Below are positions 54,952 through 64,000 of a DNA stretch of 64,000 nt, in pieces. Position 1 is the first letter of the stretch. Every line of letters starts with the position of its first letter. The position numbers were made by a program, and so were the translations under genes. Source of the DNA: Longimicrobiales bacterium (GTDB lineage: Bacteria > Gemmatimonadota > Gemmatimonadetes > Longimicrobiales > Gaopeijiaceae); NCBI GenBank assembly GCA_965203485.1, contig OZ241892.1, forward strand, positions 1,728,001 through 1,792,000. Reading direction: 5' to 3'. The notes below the pieces were generated by a model. That model did not search any database and was not told the origin of the DNA. It saw only the letters and a program-made list of their open reading frames with translations.

Positions 54952-55932
54952 CTATCGCTTGGTGAGCTTCGGTCCCACGTAGACGACGTAGACCGGTTCG
55001 TCCGCTCGGATTGGCCACGAGAAGTGAAATCGGATCACGTCTCGCCGCATCTTGCCGTGCCAGCCACAAAGCAACGACTCGCCGGCTATCCTCGGATGCC
55101 GAAAGGTCAGCTGATCGCGAAATGCCTGTTTCTCCGTCCTGGATGAATCTGAGAAGACGGCGCTGCCCGAAAAGTACTGCTCCATGATTTGATGGCCCTC
55201 AGGAGTCCTCACTCCCTTCTCGTCGAAGCAATCCACCAAGCGGTCCAGAATGCCGAACAGTTTCATGAGATGATCAGCCACCGTCCTCTTGAACGGCACG
55301 CCTTCAAGATGGCCAAAGCAATCATCGGTGAATTCGAGCCCTTCGAACTTCCGCACTGAAGTCTCCCGAAGCCCCCGCCACGACACCATCGGCGAAGCCG
55401 CCGCCGCCAGCGCCGTGCCCAAGGCCGTCGCATTCCGCCAGTTCTCCAACTGCACGGTCCGCGCGCTTTCGTTTCCTTCTTGCGCTACTCGGCGCCATGT
55501 CACCGAAACGGGAGAGAAGTCCCAGTCCGAAGGAACGACGCTGACCAAGTCCGTATCGACACCCATCAAGCTACGATACGCCGCCTCACCCACGGCCGAG
55601 TCCGTCACGATCTCGCCATTGATGTCCACCTCCAGCCAATCGTCTTCACCATGCTCCTGCGCGTCGTCCCAGAACGGGCCTCCCCGATTCAACCAGGCCA
55701 TCACCGATCGTCGTTGCGCCTCTTCCAGTCCTTGCACAGCCCTCGCCATCGGCGTCTCCCGCATCGGTTTCGCGTTCGCCATGTTCCGAGTACAGAAAAT
55801 GTCTCGCTTCCATCGACGGGCGACCTTGCGCATCTCCATCAGCTTGTCGAGTGACTTCCCAAACTCTTCGACATCGTAAAATTGTTGGTGAACCGATCGT
55901 TCATTGACCAAGAGATCCATCTTCAGGACCAT
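54952..55932 (-). CDS. Hypothetical defence effector with RelE-like C-terminus (NsnC-like position)
   Basis: Third coupled gene of a lower-GC cassette; ends WHGK..IRFHFSW..VYVVYVGPKL; alternative ATG at 55920. Confidence 0.6.
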   Translation of the reverse strand: MVLKMDLLVNERSVHQQFYDVEEFGKSLDKLMEMRKVARRWKRDIFCTRNMANAKPMRETPMARAVQGLEEAQRRSVMAWLNRGGPFWDDAQEHGEDDWLEVDINGEIVTDSAVGEAAYRSLMGVDTDLVSVVPSDWDFSPVSVTWRRVAQEGNESARTVQLENWRNATALGTALAAAASPMVSWRGLRETSVRKFEGLEFTDDCFGHLEGVPFKRTVADHLMKLFGILDRLVDCFDEKGVRTPEGHQIMEQYFSGSAVFSDSSRTEKQAFRDQLTFRHPRIAGESLLCGWHGKMRRDVIRFHFSWPIRADEPVYVVYVGPKLTKR

Positions 55933-57089
55933 CCAGCCAAGTAGCTCATGTCCTTGTCAAATTGGTCGAAGAACCCTTCGGGCCATTCGTCAATGTTGCC
56001 TTCCTCGTCGATTTCCGGGCTTATCACTTGCGACGTTCCGGCTTCCGCCGCATCACTACGCGACCGAAAGAAGTGCAGAGCCACGCCGCTAGCCTGCAAC
56101 ATCCCGTCCTTCACCGCCCGTCGTACCCCATTGAGCACATGATCGCTATGCGTCTCCACAACGACTTGGACTCCGGCCGCGGCAACCTGCCCCAAAAACC
56201 TGCCCATCTTCGCTTGGCCCGCGGGATGAAGATGCGCTTCTGGATTCTCGACAAGCAAGAGGCCTTCAACATCGCACGAAAGCGCGGCCACGACAACGGG
56301 CAGCACCTGCATCAAGCCAAATCCCGTGTGACCCGGACGATGAAAACCAGTATCCCTCGACGTGCGAACGCCCAACCTCACAGTACTCGTGCCCGCCAAG
56401 GGTTCGACCGCTAGCTGAAAGCCCGGAAAAAACGTCCCCATCCTCGCCTCCACCTGTCTCATCCACGCCCGTGGATGATCGGCTAACGCCAACGATTCAA
56501 GCACTTCCCGACGTTCCGCCGCGTGTAGAAAGCTCGCTGTGTGCTCGCCGCCGGGCCCAACAGCAACAATCACATGTGGATCCACCAACGGATAGTGATC
56601 CCTAGGGCCCAGTCTCTCTGCCGTCAGATAACACAAGTCTCGAAGTCTTGCAGCTAGGCGTCGACTGGAGCGCCGATGCTGTACCCTGTTCTGCTCTTCC
56701 AACGGAAACAACCACCGCATTTCATCAGAAGCATCCACTTCGGACTCGCCTATGCGCATCCGTTGTGCCTCCATGGACATCTCCGCGCGTTCTCCCGAGA
56801 ACCACCAACGATGCTCCTCGTCGTCGTCCCAAAGCGCAATCTCAAGAGAACGACGGCCCTCGACTTGATCAACTACGTCCGCAACGGTGCCCAGCCGTAC
56901 GGCCGCCCCGTTTAGCATCAACTTTCTGGACCATTCGTGGTCGCGAATCGTTTGGTGGAGCACCACCAACGCCTGGAGAACCGACGATTTGCCTGATGCG
57001 TTCGTGCCAGAGAGCACCGTGAGCGAGCGAAACGGCAACTTCAACAACGAAAAACACTTGAAGTGACGAAGATCGACTCTCGTGATCAT
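55923..57089 (-). CDS. ABC-type AAA ATPase with DUF3696 tail
   Basis: HFKCF, GTNASGKS, GFGLMQVLP, VENPEAHLHP, ETHSDH, WPEGFFDQ. Confidence 0.88.
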   Translation of the reverse strand: MITRVDLRHFKCFSLLKLPFRSLTVLSGTNASGKSSVLQALVVLHQTIRDHEWSRKLMLNGAAVRLGTVADVVDQVEGRRSLEIALWDDDEEHRWWFSGERAEMSMEAQRMRIGESEVDASDEMRWLFPLEEQNRVQHRRSSRRLAARLRDLCYLTAERLGPRDHYPLVDPHVIVAVGPGGEHTASFLHAAERREVLESLALADHPRAWMRQVEARMGTFFPGFQLAVEPLAGTSTVRLGVRTSRDTGFHRPGHTGFGLMQVLPVVVAALSCDVEGLLLVENPEAHLHPAGQAKMGRFLGQVAAAGVQVVVETHSDHVLNGVRRAVKDGMLQASGVALHFFRSRSDAAEAGTSQVISPEIDEEGNIDEWPEGFFDQFDKDMSYLAGWS

Positions 57090-58201
57090 CCTAGCGTATC
57101 TTTCAGCACAGCACGCGTGCGCGCGAAACGATGCATGACGCGTTTTCTATCGTTGGTCGCATAAGTAATTGAAGTGACAAAATCATCGTCGTACAAGAGT
57201 TCTTGCATAGCACTTCGCAATTGGCTTTTCTTCGTGACTATAGTATGTTCGGCATAGCGAGCTAGGCCGGTGGACATAACATCCCACAACGATGCGTTCA
57301 AGACACTGCGACGTTCCTGTCCTGGTGCATACTTGCGAAAAGCGTGTCGTTCAAAAACCGTGAGATTGTTGTCAAGTCCCCTGTCAAGGCTCGCCGCCAA
57401 TGCCCTGAGTTGGCCATCGCTCATGTTGTTCATTTTCCGCAATGCATTTGCGAGAAAGTCGTCCATGCTGCCCCCATAGTCATCAGGCCCAAACAAGCTA
57501 AATGCGCAAAAGCGATTGACGAATTCTCGATCACGCATCGTTTTCGCGTCCAGGCTCTTTCCCGTTGCCTCCTGGAACAAAGCGGTTTTCACCGCATTTT
57601 TCAAAAATCGCGTGCCCTTGCCCATGAACAAGCAGTTGCGCATTTGCTGGCGAGAAAGTGGTTCTCCAGAATTTACTCTGTCGAAAATATCCAATTTGGC
57701 TTGATCTGGCACCTTCGAATCTATCGTGTAAATGATAAGATTGCAGTCTTCAATTCGATTCTGCAACTTAGACGTCAAGTCCGAGAACCGTTTGCCGTTG
57801 AGCTCACGTCGATCAAGCTTGCGCAACGCCAGGTCGCCACGCAGGAAACGTACGAATGTAGACAAGCGCTGGAGGCCGTCAACGACGATCATTCGGCCTT
57901 CGGAGTCCTCCGCCAGATATAGCACCGGCAAAGGGATCCGAAGGATGACGGACTCGATAAGCTTGCTCTGCTGGTCGTCCGACCAGATGAAGTCACGCTG
58001 AAAATCCGGATCGAGCACATACTGGCCGTTCTTGATTCGGCGGACCACATCGTAGACGGTCCTGCTCTCGTGCCGAATTAGGAGATCGTCCAGCGGATAG
58101 TCGCTCCACAGCGCATCTCGCTCGGCCAAGCCCTCGGGCTCTTGGGCCGTTACCGAGGAGTCCACGCCATGGAAGGGGGCGGTCTGGTCAGCGTCAGGCA
58201 T
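57086..58201 (-). CDS. DUF262 (ParB-like, GmrS-type) domain protein
   Basis: PDFQRDFIW, SKLIES, VDGLQR, IFDRVNSG..LS.QQMRN; no HNH domain seen. Confidence 0.88.
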   Translation of the reverse strand: MPDADQTAPFHGVDSSVTAQEPEGLAERDALWSDYPLDDLLIRHESRTVYDVVRRIKNGQYVLDPDFQRDFIWSDDQQSKLIESVILRIPLPVLYLAEDSEGRMIVVDGLQRLSTFVRFLRGDLALRKLDRRELNGKRFSDLTSKLQNRIEDCNLIIYTIDSKVPDQAKLDIFDRVNSGEPLSRQQMRNCLFMGKGTRFLKNAVKTALFQEATGKSLDAKTMRDREFVNRFCAFSLFGPDDYGGSMDDFLANALRKMNNMSDGQLRALAASLDRGLDNNLTVFERHAFRKYAPGQERRSVLNASLWDVMSTGLARYAEHTIVTKKSQLRSAMQELLYDDDFVTSITYATNDRKRVMHRFARTRAVLKDTLG

Positions 58202-58313
58202 CGTCGGTTCGGTCGCCTTGTCGGGTTCGAAAGGTCGGTCGCTGGTGAACAGAAGCGCCCGTGGACTCTCGTCGGTCCCGTGTCGGGAGGCGGCGGATCT
58301 CCACGGTCCAAAT

Positions 58314-59261
58314 CTAAAACACCTTGATGTTGATGTAGCGGCCGGGGTTGGCCTTTACGTCGTCGAGGAGGTCCTTGAGGCTGGAGGCCGCGGCGTTCAG
58401 GGAGTGGTAGAGGGAGTCGTTCGCGAAGAGTTGGCCGATCGTGCCTTCGCCGCGTTCCATGCGGGCCAGGACGACATCGAGCCGCGACGCGGCGGTCTCG
58501 GCCGTGGTGGCGGTGCGGTCGAGCGTGGAGATCGCGGATTCGGCGGAGGCGATTGCGCGCTGCCACTCTTCGGCCTCGGTGATGCCTTCCACGTTCTCGG
58601 CGGAGCGGGCCAGGCTTGCGGTGATCGAACGGACTTCCGCCGCTTGGTCGTCGACGACGCCGGTCAGGCCCTGCAGGAGGTCGCGCAGAGCCACGACGGC
58701 CGCCTCGGTTCCGGCGACCGTGGAATCGGACAGCAGCGCCTGGATCCGGGCGAGCACGTCCTGGGCGCCGCCCGCAAGGTCGCCGGCCCGCTCGAAGACG
58801 CCGCCGACGGCCGTGCCCGGCAGCTCGTCCCATGCGGCCATTGCGCCGCCCCCGCCGCCCGGCACCACTGATACCACCATTCCGCCGAGCACGCCCGAAC
58901 TCTCCAGCTCGGCTCGCGAACCGACGGGAACGTCCCAGTCGCCGTCGATTTCAATGGTGACCGTCACGCCGCCCCGGTCCAGCGCGAAGTCGTGGACCCG
59001 CCCGATGTTGATGCCGCGCATCCGCACCGGATCGCCGCGGCGGATGCCCTGGGCGTCCTCGACGTGGGTGGTCATCATGTAGCGGCCGCGAAACATCGCC
59101 GGGCTGGTCATCGAGAAGAGGATCGTGAAGAAGGCCGCGATGCCCAGGATCACGAAGATGCCCACGCGGAACTCGCGGGCGCGCGCCGTGGGCGGCACCG
59201 CGGCGAGGACTTCCCGGTCGTCCAGCCGACGGACTTGCGCCGTCTCGGAGTTCTTGGTCAT
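58314..59261 (-). CDS. mlaD: MlaD/MCE substrate-binding protein
   Basis: EFRVGIF TM segment, GIRRGDPVRMRGINIGRV, GEGTIGQL, ANPGRYI. Confidence 0.88.
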   Translation of the reverse strand: MTKNSETAQVRRLDDREVLAAVPPTARAREFRVGIFVILGIAAFFTILFSMTSPAMFRGRYMMTTHVEDAQGIRRGDPVRMRGINIGRVHDFALDRGGVTVTIEIDGDWDVPVGSRAELESSGVLGGMVVSVVPGGGGGAMAAWDELPGTAVGGVFERAGDLAGGAQDVLARIQALLSDSTVAGTEAAVVALRDLLQGLTGVVDDQAAEVRSITASLARSAENVEGITEAEEWQRAIASAESAISTLDRTATTAETAASRLDVVLARMERGEGTIGQLFANDSLYHSLNAAASSLKDLLDDVKANPGRYINIKVF

Positions 59262-60049
59262 GACATCTCCACCACGTCGAGGGCGGCCTCGGCGGCCGCG
59301 CGGTCCACGAATGCGCGCACGACCGGATCGTCGGCATTGCGAAAGTCGCCCGGGCCGCCGCAGAAGCGAATCCGTCCGCCTTCGAGCATCGCCACGCGGT
59401 CGCACATCCACAATGCGCCCTCCACGTCGTGCGAGACGATCATCGAAGTCACGCTGAGCTCGCCGGAGAGCCTCTGGATGAGCCGCTCCACGGCAGCGGT
59501 GTTGACGGGGTCCAGCCCCGTCGTCGGCTCGTCCCAGAGCAGGATGCGGGGACGGCCGACGATGGCCCGCGCGATTCCCACGCGCTTCTTCATCCCGCCG
59601 GACAGCTCCGCGGGCAGCAAGCGCAACACGGCGGCGGGGTCCAGGTTCACGAGATCGAGGGCCTCCCACACGGCTCGGGCGGCTTCGCTGCGGCTCATCC
59701 GGCGGAGGCGGTCCGCGGGAAGTCCCATCTCGACGTTGCGGTAGACGTCCATCGAGTCGAAAAGCGCAGCGTTCTGGAACACGTAGCCGACGAGCTGGCG
59801 CACGCGGGCCAGCGAGCGGCCTCCTCCGAAGTAAACCGAGCGGCCGGCCACCTCCACGTCGCCGCGGTCGGGCACGACCAAGCCGATCGTCGTCTTCAGG
59901 AGCACGCTCTTGCCCGTGCCCGACGGCCCGAAGAGAGCGAACATCTCGCCGTCGCGCACGTCCAGGTCGATGCCGGACAGGACGGGATGGCCGAATGCCT
60001 TGTGCGTGTTGCGGAAGCGGATGACGGCTTCCCCGGGCGCGGCGCTCAC
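59258..60049 (-). CDS. mlaF: MlaF-type ABC ATPase
   Basis: GPSGTGKS, LSGGMKKRVGIARA, WDEPTTGLDP, VSHD. Confidence 0.9.
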   Translation of the reverse strand: MSAAPGEAVIRFRNTHKAFGHPVLSGIDLDVRDGEMFALFGPSGTGKSVLLKTTIGLVVPDRGDVEVAGRSVYFGGGRSLARVRQLVGYVFQNAALFDSMDVYRNVEMGLPADRLRRMSRSEAARAVWEALDLVNLDPAAVLRLLPAELSGGMKKRVGIARAIVGRPRILLWDEPTTGLDPVNTAAVERLIQRLSGELSVTSMIVSHDVEGALWMCDRVAMLEGGRIRFCGGPGDFRNADDPVVRAFVDRAAAEAALDVVEMS

Positions 60050-60837
60050 TGCAGGAACAGCGGCGGAAAGAGGGCGTCCAGAATAAGCACGGTCAGGGTC
60101 TGGAACATGACCGAAGCGGTCGTCGTGCTCCCGACGCCCGCGGCGCCCCCCGCCGTGCGGAAGCCCATGTGGATCGAGATGACCGGGATCGCGAAGCCGA
60201 ACGCGAGGGCCTTCATGAGGGAGTAGACGAGGTCCCAGGAGTGCCAGAACAGGCGCGCGCCGTAGAAGAACGTCTCCGTGCTGAGGTCCGCGGAGATGTT
60301 GAGCGCCACGAGGCCCGAAGCGATGCCCGTAGCGTTCGCGAGGCCCACGAGGATGGGCATGACGAGGAGGCCGGCCACGATTCGGGGCGCGCCTAGGGCG
60401 ACGATCGGGTCGCGTCCCAGCGAGTGGTAGGCGTCGATCTGCTCCGAGACGACCATCGTGCCCAGCTCGGCGGTGATCCGAGCCCCGACCCGCCCGACCA
60501 TCACCACGGCGGTGAGGACGGGGCCGAGCTCGAGCACGATGCTCGTGACCGTCACGCTGCCGAGCACGTACAGGGGAATCGTCGCCGTGATCTGGTAGCT
60601 CCCCTGCTGCGACGTGACCACTCCGGAGAGCAACGCGGTGACGAGAACGATCGGGATGCTCTGGACGCCCATCACGTAGATCTGGCGCACGACCTCTCGC
60701 CACGACACGCGGAACCGCACCACGGCCACGACCGTGGACGCCACCAAGTGCGCGATCTGGCCCGCGTGCTCGGCCCAGTCCCGCCACCAACAGCCGACCG
60801 CTCGAACGGGGCGCCGAAGCACCCGCTCGACGATCAC
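60046..60837 (-). CDS. mlaE: MlaE-type ABC permease
   Basis: GVQSIP, ELGPVLTA, AELGTMVVSEQIDA, GGAAGVG. Confidence 0.9.
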   Translation of the reverse strand: MIVERVLRRPVRAVGCWWRDWAEHAGQIAHLVASTVVAVVRFRVSWREVVRQIYVMGVQSIPIVLVTALLSGVVTSQQGSYQITATIPLYVLGSVTVTSIVLELGPVLTAVVMVGRVGARITAELGTMVVSEQIDAYHSLGRDPIVALGAPRIVAGLLVMPILVGLANATGIASGLVALNISADLSTETFFYGARLFWHSWDLVYSLMKALAFGFAIPVISIHMGFRTAGGAAGVGSTTTASVMFQTLTVLILDALFPPLFLQ

Positions 60838-61430
60838 CTCCCGGGAGCGCGCGGAGCCGTGCGTGCGCGGGAAGGACCGACGAGGAATCCCAGCGACACC
60901 GTTTGCTGGTTCTGGTCCCGCGAGGCCAGCTCCTGGCGGACCTCCACGAACGGAACGAACACTTCGAGGCGGTCGAACCGAAGGCCGGCGACGAGGAGGG
61001 CGGTCCAGCTTCCGGTCTCCGCGGCCTCGTCCATCCCCCCGAGCCGCTGGTACGTGGCGCCCAGACCAGCATGGAAGGGACCCTGGACGAAGCCCACGAG
61101 GCCCGACGCGTCCCACTGCGAACAGCCGTCGCAGTCGGGGAAGAACCGGTCGAACGTCCCGATGGCCGCCAAGCCGCCGACGACGAACCCCAGATCGACC
61201 TCGGCACGCCCGCCTGCGCCGAACTGCCCTTCCAGAAGGCCGGTCTGGTAGACGCCGTGGCCGCCGACCCGGATCTGGGCCGCGGCGGCATCCGGGGACT
61301 GAATGGCCGCCCAGCCGGCCAAGGCGCAGGCCATGCCCAGGACGCCCGTGGCGCTTTGGACGCGGGTCCAGGCCGTCGTCGGGCGGCCCGCCGCGGCGCG
61401 GCGGCGGAACCTCGGGGTCGTCTTGGGCAT
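60834..61430 (-). CDS. Small outer-membrane beta-barrel protein (putative)
   Basis: Signal peptide, alternating strands, CDGC loop; coupled to mlaE. Confidence 0.55.
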   Translation of the reverse strand: MPKTTPRFRRRAAAGRPTTAWTRVQSATGVLGMACALAGWAAIQSPDAAAAQIRVGGHGVYQTGLLEGQFGAGGRAEVDLGFVVGGLAAIGTFDRFFPDCDGCSQWDASGLVGFVQGPFHAGLGATYQRLGGMDEAAETGSWTALLVAGLRFDRLEVFVPFVEVRQELASRDQNQQTVSLGFLVGPSRARTAPRAPGR

Positions 61431-61597
61431 GGCGGCTCCTTGGGAACCCGCTGCGGAGTGTCGAGGGGTCCGCAGAAAGTCGGCGGAACCCGGTGGCGTT
61501 CGTCCTGCGCGTGGAATCTAGCGAGAAGCCGCCGGGCGAGAGGCGGGCGGGCGGGCGGGCGAGCCGCTGGGACGGCCCGGGTTGTGGTGGTTATTCT

Positions 61598-61606
61598 TGT
61601 GGATAA
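61598..61606 (-). promoter_or_regulatory. Perfect DnaA box (TTATCCACA on minus strand)
   Basis: TGTGGATAA on the plus strand in a divergent intergenic region; single copy. Confidence 0.4.
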
Positions 61607-61693
61607 GACGCCGCCCGTGGCGACAGGACGATCGCCGGGCGCAAGGGCGGACCAGGACTATCGCGCTCCGACGCCGAGGAGGCGAAGACGGCT

Positions 61694-62329
61694 TTGAACG
61701 GTGGACCACGGGCCTCTGCGCCGCTCGCCGGGCTTGCCGCGCTCTTGTGCGGCGCCGGTGCCCTAGCGACGCTGGGCGCAGGGTCGGCCGACGACGGAGA
61801 CCCGGACTCGGGCATGGCGCGGGTTGCGGACTCGAGCGCGCCGGAAAGCCAGGCGGCGGCGCTCGCGGCGACGGCAAGCCATCCGTTCCGCTTGTCCGTG
61901 GCCGACGCCGAAGTGGTCGGCGACACGTTGCGCGCGCGCATTCGCTTCTTTTGGGACGATCTGCAACTGGCCGTGATGGAGCACACGTCCGACATGGCGT
62001 TTCGGCTCGCGGAGACCCCGCGCGCCGACAGCATCGTCACGCGCTACATCGACCAGATGCTGGCCATCGAGGCCGGCGGACAGCGGCTGGCCGGAACCCT
62101 CGTGGGCCGCGGAGTCGACGAAGCCGCGCTGATCGACGAGGTGATGTGGTGGTACCGGCTCGAGTACGGCCTGCCGGCCGGCACGGATCGCATCGCCATC
62201 CGCAACCGGCTGCTGTTCAACTTGTTCGAGGATCAGCGCAACGTCGTGCACCTCAAGACGCGCACGGGACGCGAACGGGCGTATTCCTTCGGCTGGAGCA
62301 AGGACAGCGCCGCGGCGGCGCTGAATTAG
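61694..62329 (+). CDS. DUF6702-like exported protein
   Basis: SHPFRLSV, RFFWDDL, NRLLFNLFEDQRNVV. Confidence 0.65.
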   Translation: MNGGPRASAPLAGLAALLCGAGALATLGAGSADDGDPDSGMARVADSSAPESQAAALAATASHPFRLSVADAEVVGDTLRARIRFFWDDLQLAVMEHTSDMAFRLAETPRADSIVTRYIDQMLAIEAGGQRLAGTLVGRGVDEAALIDEVMWWYRLEYGLPAGTDRIAIRNRLLFNLFEDQRNVVHLKTRTGRERAYSFGWSKDSAAAALN

Positions 62330-62579
62330 CGCTCGATCCTATAGCGCAAGACCGCAGGTTGTTCATGCAATTCGGCCGAATCAACCGCTATGCCCGAAAG
62401 CCCAAAGAAGACGCTGTCCGCCGTTCCCGCCAGCACAAGGTATTCGACAAGATGCCAGCCGCTGTCGTACAGCGAATCGGCGGGCAAGCCGTCGTCGCAG
62501 CTGCTGTTGCACACGCAAAGCAAACAACGGGGAACAACGCATTGCTAGGCGTGTTCTCGCTTGACATACGCGTGCGTCG

Positions 62580-63821
62580 TCATCCTGAGCTCCGATCATT
62601 GGGCTGGCGCAGGTTGCCGGCGCCGACTTCCATCTTCCAGAACGCGATTCCCCCCGCCTGCTGGCCCACTTCCACGTCCGCGACTCGCGCGAAGGTCGCC
62701 AAGTCGTAGACGTCCACCTTGCCGGGCTCGGCCCCGACTCCCTCCACCGAGACGAAGGCGTAGCGGCCGTCGGGGCTGACCACCACGCCGTGCGTCACCG
62801 TCGTCGAGGAACCCGCCGTTGCCAGCGCCCTGCCCTCGTCGAGGTCGAAGAACTGCACGCCGGCGCCTTGCTTGAGCGTCGCCACCAGCAGGCGGCCTCC
62901 CGGCGCCAATGCCAAGTTGTACGGTCCCCGGCCGGACTCGATCGCCTGCCGCAACGTCCACGAATCGCGGTCGATCTCCAGGATGCGGTCGCCGGCGTTG
63001 CACGCGACGACCACCGTGCCGACGCCCGGGCGCGGCGTCACCCAGGTCGGCGAGCAGGTGGGCGCTGCACGCCGAACCCCATCCGGTCGGCCGGGCAGGC
63101 CCGCAGTTCCCGTGCCGCGGCCCGGCTCGCCGCCATGAGCGCCGTGGCCCGTCCGACGGCCCCGTCCGATCGGCCCTTCCGCGCCGGCGGCCACCGAGAA
63201 CCGCCGGGCCACCTTGAACGCGCGCGTGTCGATCTCCACCACTTGGTCGTCCATCATGCACGCCGAGTAGAGGAAGTCGCCCGTCGAGTCCAGCCGGGCG
63301 CCGTGCGGCATGACGCAGGTCTCGATCTGCTCCACCTCCACCATCGAGGGCGTGAAGACCACGGACACCGTGGACGGCGCCATCTCGCCGTGGAGGTTGA
63401 AGTTGGCCACGAAGGCGTAGAGGCCGCCGGGCGTGATGTCGAGCGTGGCGGGGAAGTAGCCGAGCAGGACGGGGTCCGCCACCAGCGTGTCGGGGCCGGC
63501 GTGGAACTTCCAGAGCTTCCCGTCGGGCACGCCGTGGCCGGTCGTCATGAAGAGGAACTGGCCGTCCGCCGACACGTTGAGGCCGTGCGGGCCTTCCGTT
63601 TCGGTGGGCATCTCGCCGACCGGCGTCGTCTTGTCCAGCGTGGCGCCGCCCGGTCCGAAACGGACGCGGTGAAGGAGGTCCGCGGACTCGGCGCCGACGT
63701 ACACGTAGTAGGTGGCGGAGGACCGCGGCTGGGCGGTGGCGGAGCCGGCCCCCGGAGCGGGCGCCCACAGGAGCGCAAGTCCTGCAAGCAACGCAAGGGC
63801 GGCGGGACGGGGCAGGATCAT
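62580..63821 (-). CDS. YncE-like beta-propeller secreted protein
   Basis: Signal peptide, EGPHG, TCVMPHG, CSPTW, THGVVVSPDGRYAFVS, AGGIAF. Confidence 0.75.
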   Translation of the reverse strand: MILPRPAALALLAGLALLWAPAPGAGSATAQPRSSATYYVYVGAESADLLHRVRFGPGGATLDKTTPVGEMPTETEGPHGLNVSADGQFLFMTTGHGVPDGKLWKFHAGPDTLVADPVLLGYFPATLDITPGGLYAFVANFNLHGEMAPSTVSVVFTPSMVEVEQIETCVMPHGARLDSTGDFLYSACMMDDQVVEIDTRAFKVARRFSVAAGAEGPIGRGRRTGHGAHGGEPGRGTGTAGLPGRPDGVRRAAPTCSPTWVTPRPGVGTVVVACNAGDRILEIDRDSWTLRQAIESGRGPYNLALAPGGRLLVATLKQGAGVQFFDLDEGRALATAGSSTTVTHGVVVSPDGRYAFVSVEGVGAEPGKVDVYDLATFARVADVEVGQQAGGIAFWKMEVGAGNLRQPNDRSSG

Positions 63822-63944
63822 TTTGCGGGACCTCCTCGACGGCGCACGGAACCGTTGCTCGCTCGCAACGGTAGGACCATCTTGTCCGGTCCGGCAAGCA
63901 TGTCCGCCGCGCTTCCCTGCCCCGTTGCTCCGGAGAACACGAAG

Positions 63945-64000
63945 ATGACCGCTCGACTCCTCCGCACCGCCGCCTTCGCCGCGCTCGCGTGCCCGCCGCT
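63945..64000 (+). CDS. 5' end of an exported protein, cut by the window edge
   Basis: GGAG then ATG, MTARLLRTAAFAALACPP signal-like. Confidence 0.45.
   Translation, partial: MTARLLRTAAFAALACPP

Noticed and set aside
54861..58313. att sites or target duplications flanking the DUF262 cassette
   Set aside because: Only a short imperfect match (CAAAGATCTA versus CCAAATCTA) that includes stop codons; no recombinase nearby

Overview
Very GC-rich, gene-dense chromosomal window from a diderm bacterium. The SusC/SusD-like pair, VPS10/BNR propeller, LptE, LpxH and Mla genes suggest a Gemmatimonadota-like lineage (inference only). Left to right: (1) a compact nitrogen locus (glnA, glnE, RsbW-like kinase plus STAS partner, porin, Amt without a PII gene, circularly permuted ATP-grasp/alpha-E/transglutaminase triad, TorF-like porin) ending at tRNA-Pro(TGG); (2) a DUF4105/Lnb-like gene apparently split at a G8 tract, rdgB and hldC; (3) a 10-gene Mrp/Mnh antiporter operon with an apparent ATC start codon and a 22-codon bridging micro-ORF; (4) envelope and lipid genes around a stand-alone tRNA-Sec; (5) deoC plus a double-domain ALDH; (6) a defence patch with a truncated ATPase-TOPRIM gene, a repeat coiled-coil protein and McrBC with a two-domain N-terminus; (7) VPS10 protein, P450, SusCD, ridA, hldA and a peptidase-TolB-Omp85 fusion; (8) a lower-GC DUF262 + AAA/DUF3696 + RelE-like cassette (Menshen-like); (9) mlaEFD and propeller genes. 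No CRISPR array, integrase, transposase or rRNA was seen. All family calls come from motif recognition by eye, not database searches.
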